A model generated the notes under the pieces. It did no database searches, was not told the origin of the DNA, and saw only the letters and a list, made by a program, of their open reading frames with translations. A stretch of DNA of 34,830 bases. Source: a virus. Its lineage: Duplodnaviria; Caudoviricetes. The stretch lies in IMG/VR virus record IMGVR_UViG_3300023184_000322, positions 1-34,830 of that record; one strand, given 5' to 3'. Shown here piece after piece: positions 34,249 through 34,830 of this stretch. The translations under genes were made by a program, and so were the position numbers. Each line of letters starts with the position of its first letter. Positions within the stretch are counted from its first letter, which is position 1.

Positions 34249-34458
34249 TTATTCGCCTTCAACTAACATAATTAAACTATTAGCTTCTTCCATAGCTAGT
34301 TCAGTTTGATATTCATATTCTGCTTTCTTAATTTCTTTGTGATGATAAGAATAATATAAATCAGTTAATTCGCTTAATAGCTTAAAGGCTTCTACTTTAG
34401 CTTCTGTTTCTGTATAGTAAGGTTGAGCAGTTTCAGGATTAATCATTGGTGAGTTCAT
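34249..34458 (-). CDS. Small acidic protein
   Basis: TTGACA-16-TATAGT-6-ATG. Confidence 0.65.
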   Translation of the reverse strand: MNSPMINPETAQPYYTETEAKVEAFKLLSELTDLYYSYHHKEIKKAEYEYQTELAMEEANSLIMLVEGE

Positions 34459-34493
34459 AGATTAACTATAATATAAATTAAATTATTGTCAAA

Positions 34494-34772
34494 TTATATT
34501 TTAGCTAATTGACTTTGCCAGCTTTTATTAATCCATGCTAGTATTTGATCTGACCAGTAGCCACTTACTATTTGAAACAAATCTCTTTCGATTCGAATCC
34601 TATCAAAGCTATAATAGATATACTGATTAATTAAGTATGGTGCATCACAAGAACCTCTAGTAATATGATTAGTAGAAATAACATCTATCTTAATATTAGT
34701 TAGTGTTTTAGGAATACTTACCTTGATAGTTCCACCAAGTGCTGTCTCGCCTATTTTGAATGTTTTAGTCAT
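34494..34772 (-). CDS. Hypothetical protein
   Basis: ORF track; KTFKIGETALGGTIKV. Confidence 0.6.
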   Translation of the reverse strand: MTKTFKIGETALGGTIKVSIPKTLTNIKIDVISTNHITRGSCDAPYLINQYIYYSFDRIRIERDLFQIVSGYWSDQILAWINKSWQSQLAKI

Positions 34773-34830
34773 AAATTAAATTATCCCTAAAGATTCTGCA
34801 ACATCCCAAGCCTTGTCGTATGCTTCGGCA

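Noticed and set aside
2793-34266. Many short antisense or nested track ORFs (e.g. 2793-3008, 3988-4182, 4708-4947, 16769-17101, 22386-22730, 22836-23210, 30173-30439, 30751-31035)
   Set aside because: Shadow frames of well-supported genes, with no promoter, SD or motif.
1-34830. Stop-codon recoding, diversity-generating retroelement, introns or inteins
   Set aside because: Long genes are intact under the standard code, TAG and TGA end real genes, no suppressor tRNA or reverse transcriptase is seen, and TerL has a normal length.

Overview
A 34.8-kb segment of a large, AT-rich tailed dsDNA phage. The host is plausibly in the PVC group (Verrucomicrobia-like); this is inferred from protein signatures I recall and has not been checked by a search. 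Positions 1-22.0 kb are mostly minus-strand late/middle genes: PhoH, Zn-ribbon protein, phage sigma factor, ERCC4 nuclease, terminase large subunit, portal, a fibre-like protein plus lysis cassette (holin, three lipoproteins, pesticin-like endolysin), prohead protease/scaffold, decoration protein, major capsid protein and tail-fibre genes. Positions 22.3-34.8 kb are an early/host-takeover region of small genes (SleB-like hydrolase, gp88-like, ArdC, DUF932, zincin, acidic mini-proteins, 4 tRNAs) in two blocks converging at ~25.8 kb. Main non-coding observations: (1) eight copies of a fixed-geometry 76-bp element (27-bp IHF-consensus-bearing palindrome, 22-bp polar GC-rich core, 27-bp palindrome) plus three solo boxes, often exactly 5 bp upstream of a -35 hexamer; (2) about 16 sigma70-type promoters with a 16-bp spacer that appear to start on the ATG (leaderless mRNAs); (3) a promoter-driven ~214-nt highly structured candidate ncRNA closed by a perfect 10-bp terminal stem; (4) a GTGTAAW candidate late-promoter motif; (5) a tRNA(UAU) with a long variable arm next to a tRNA-Leu(UAA) without one.
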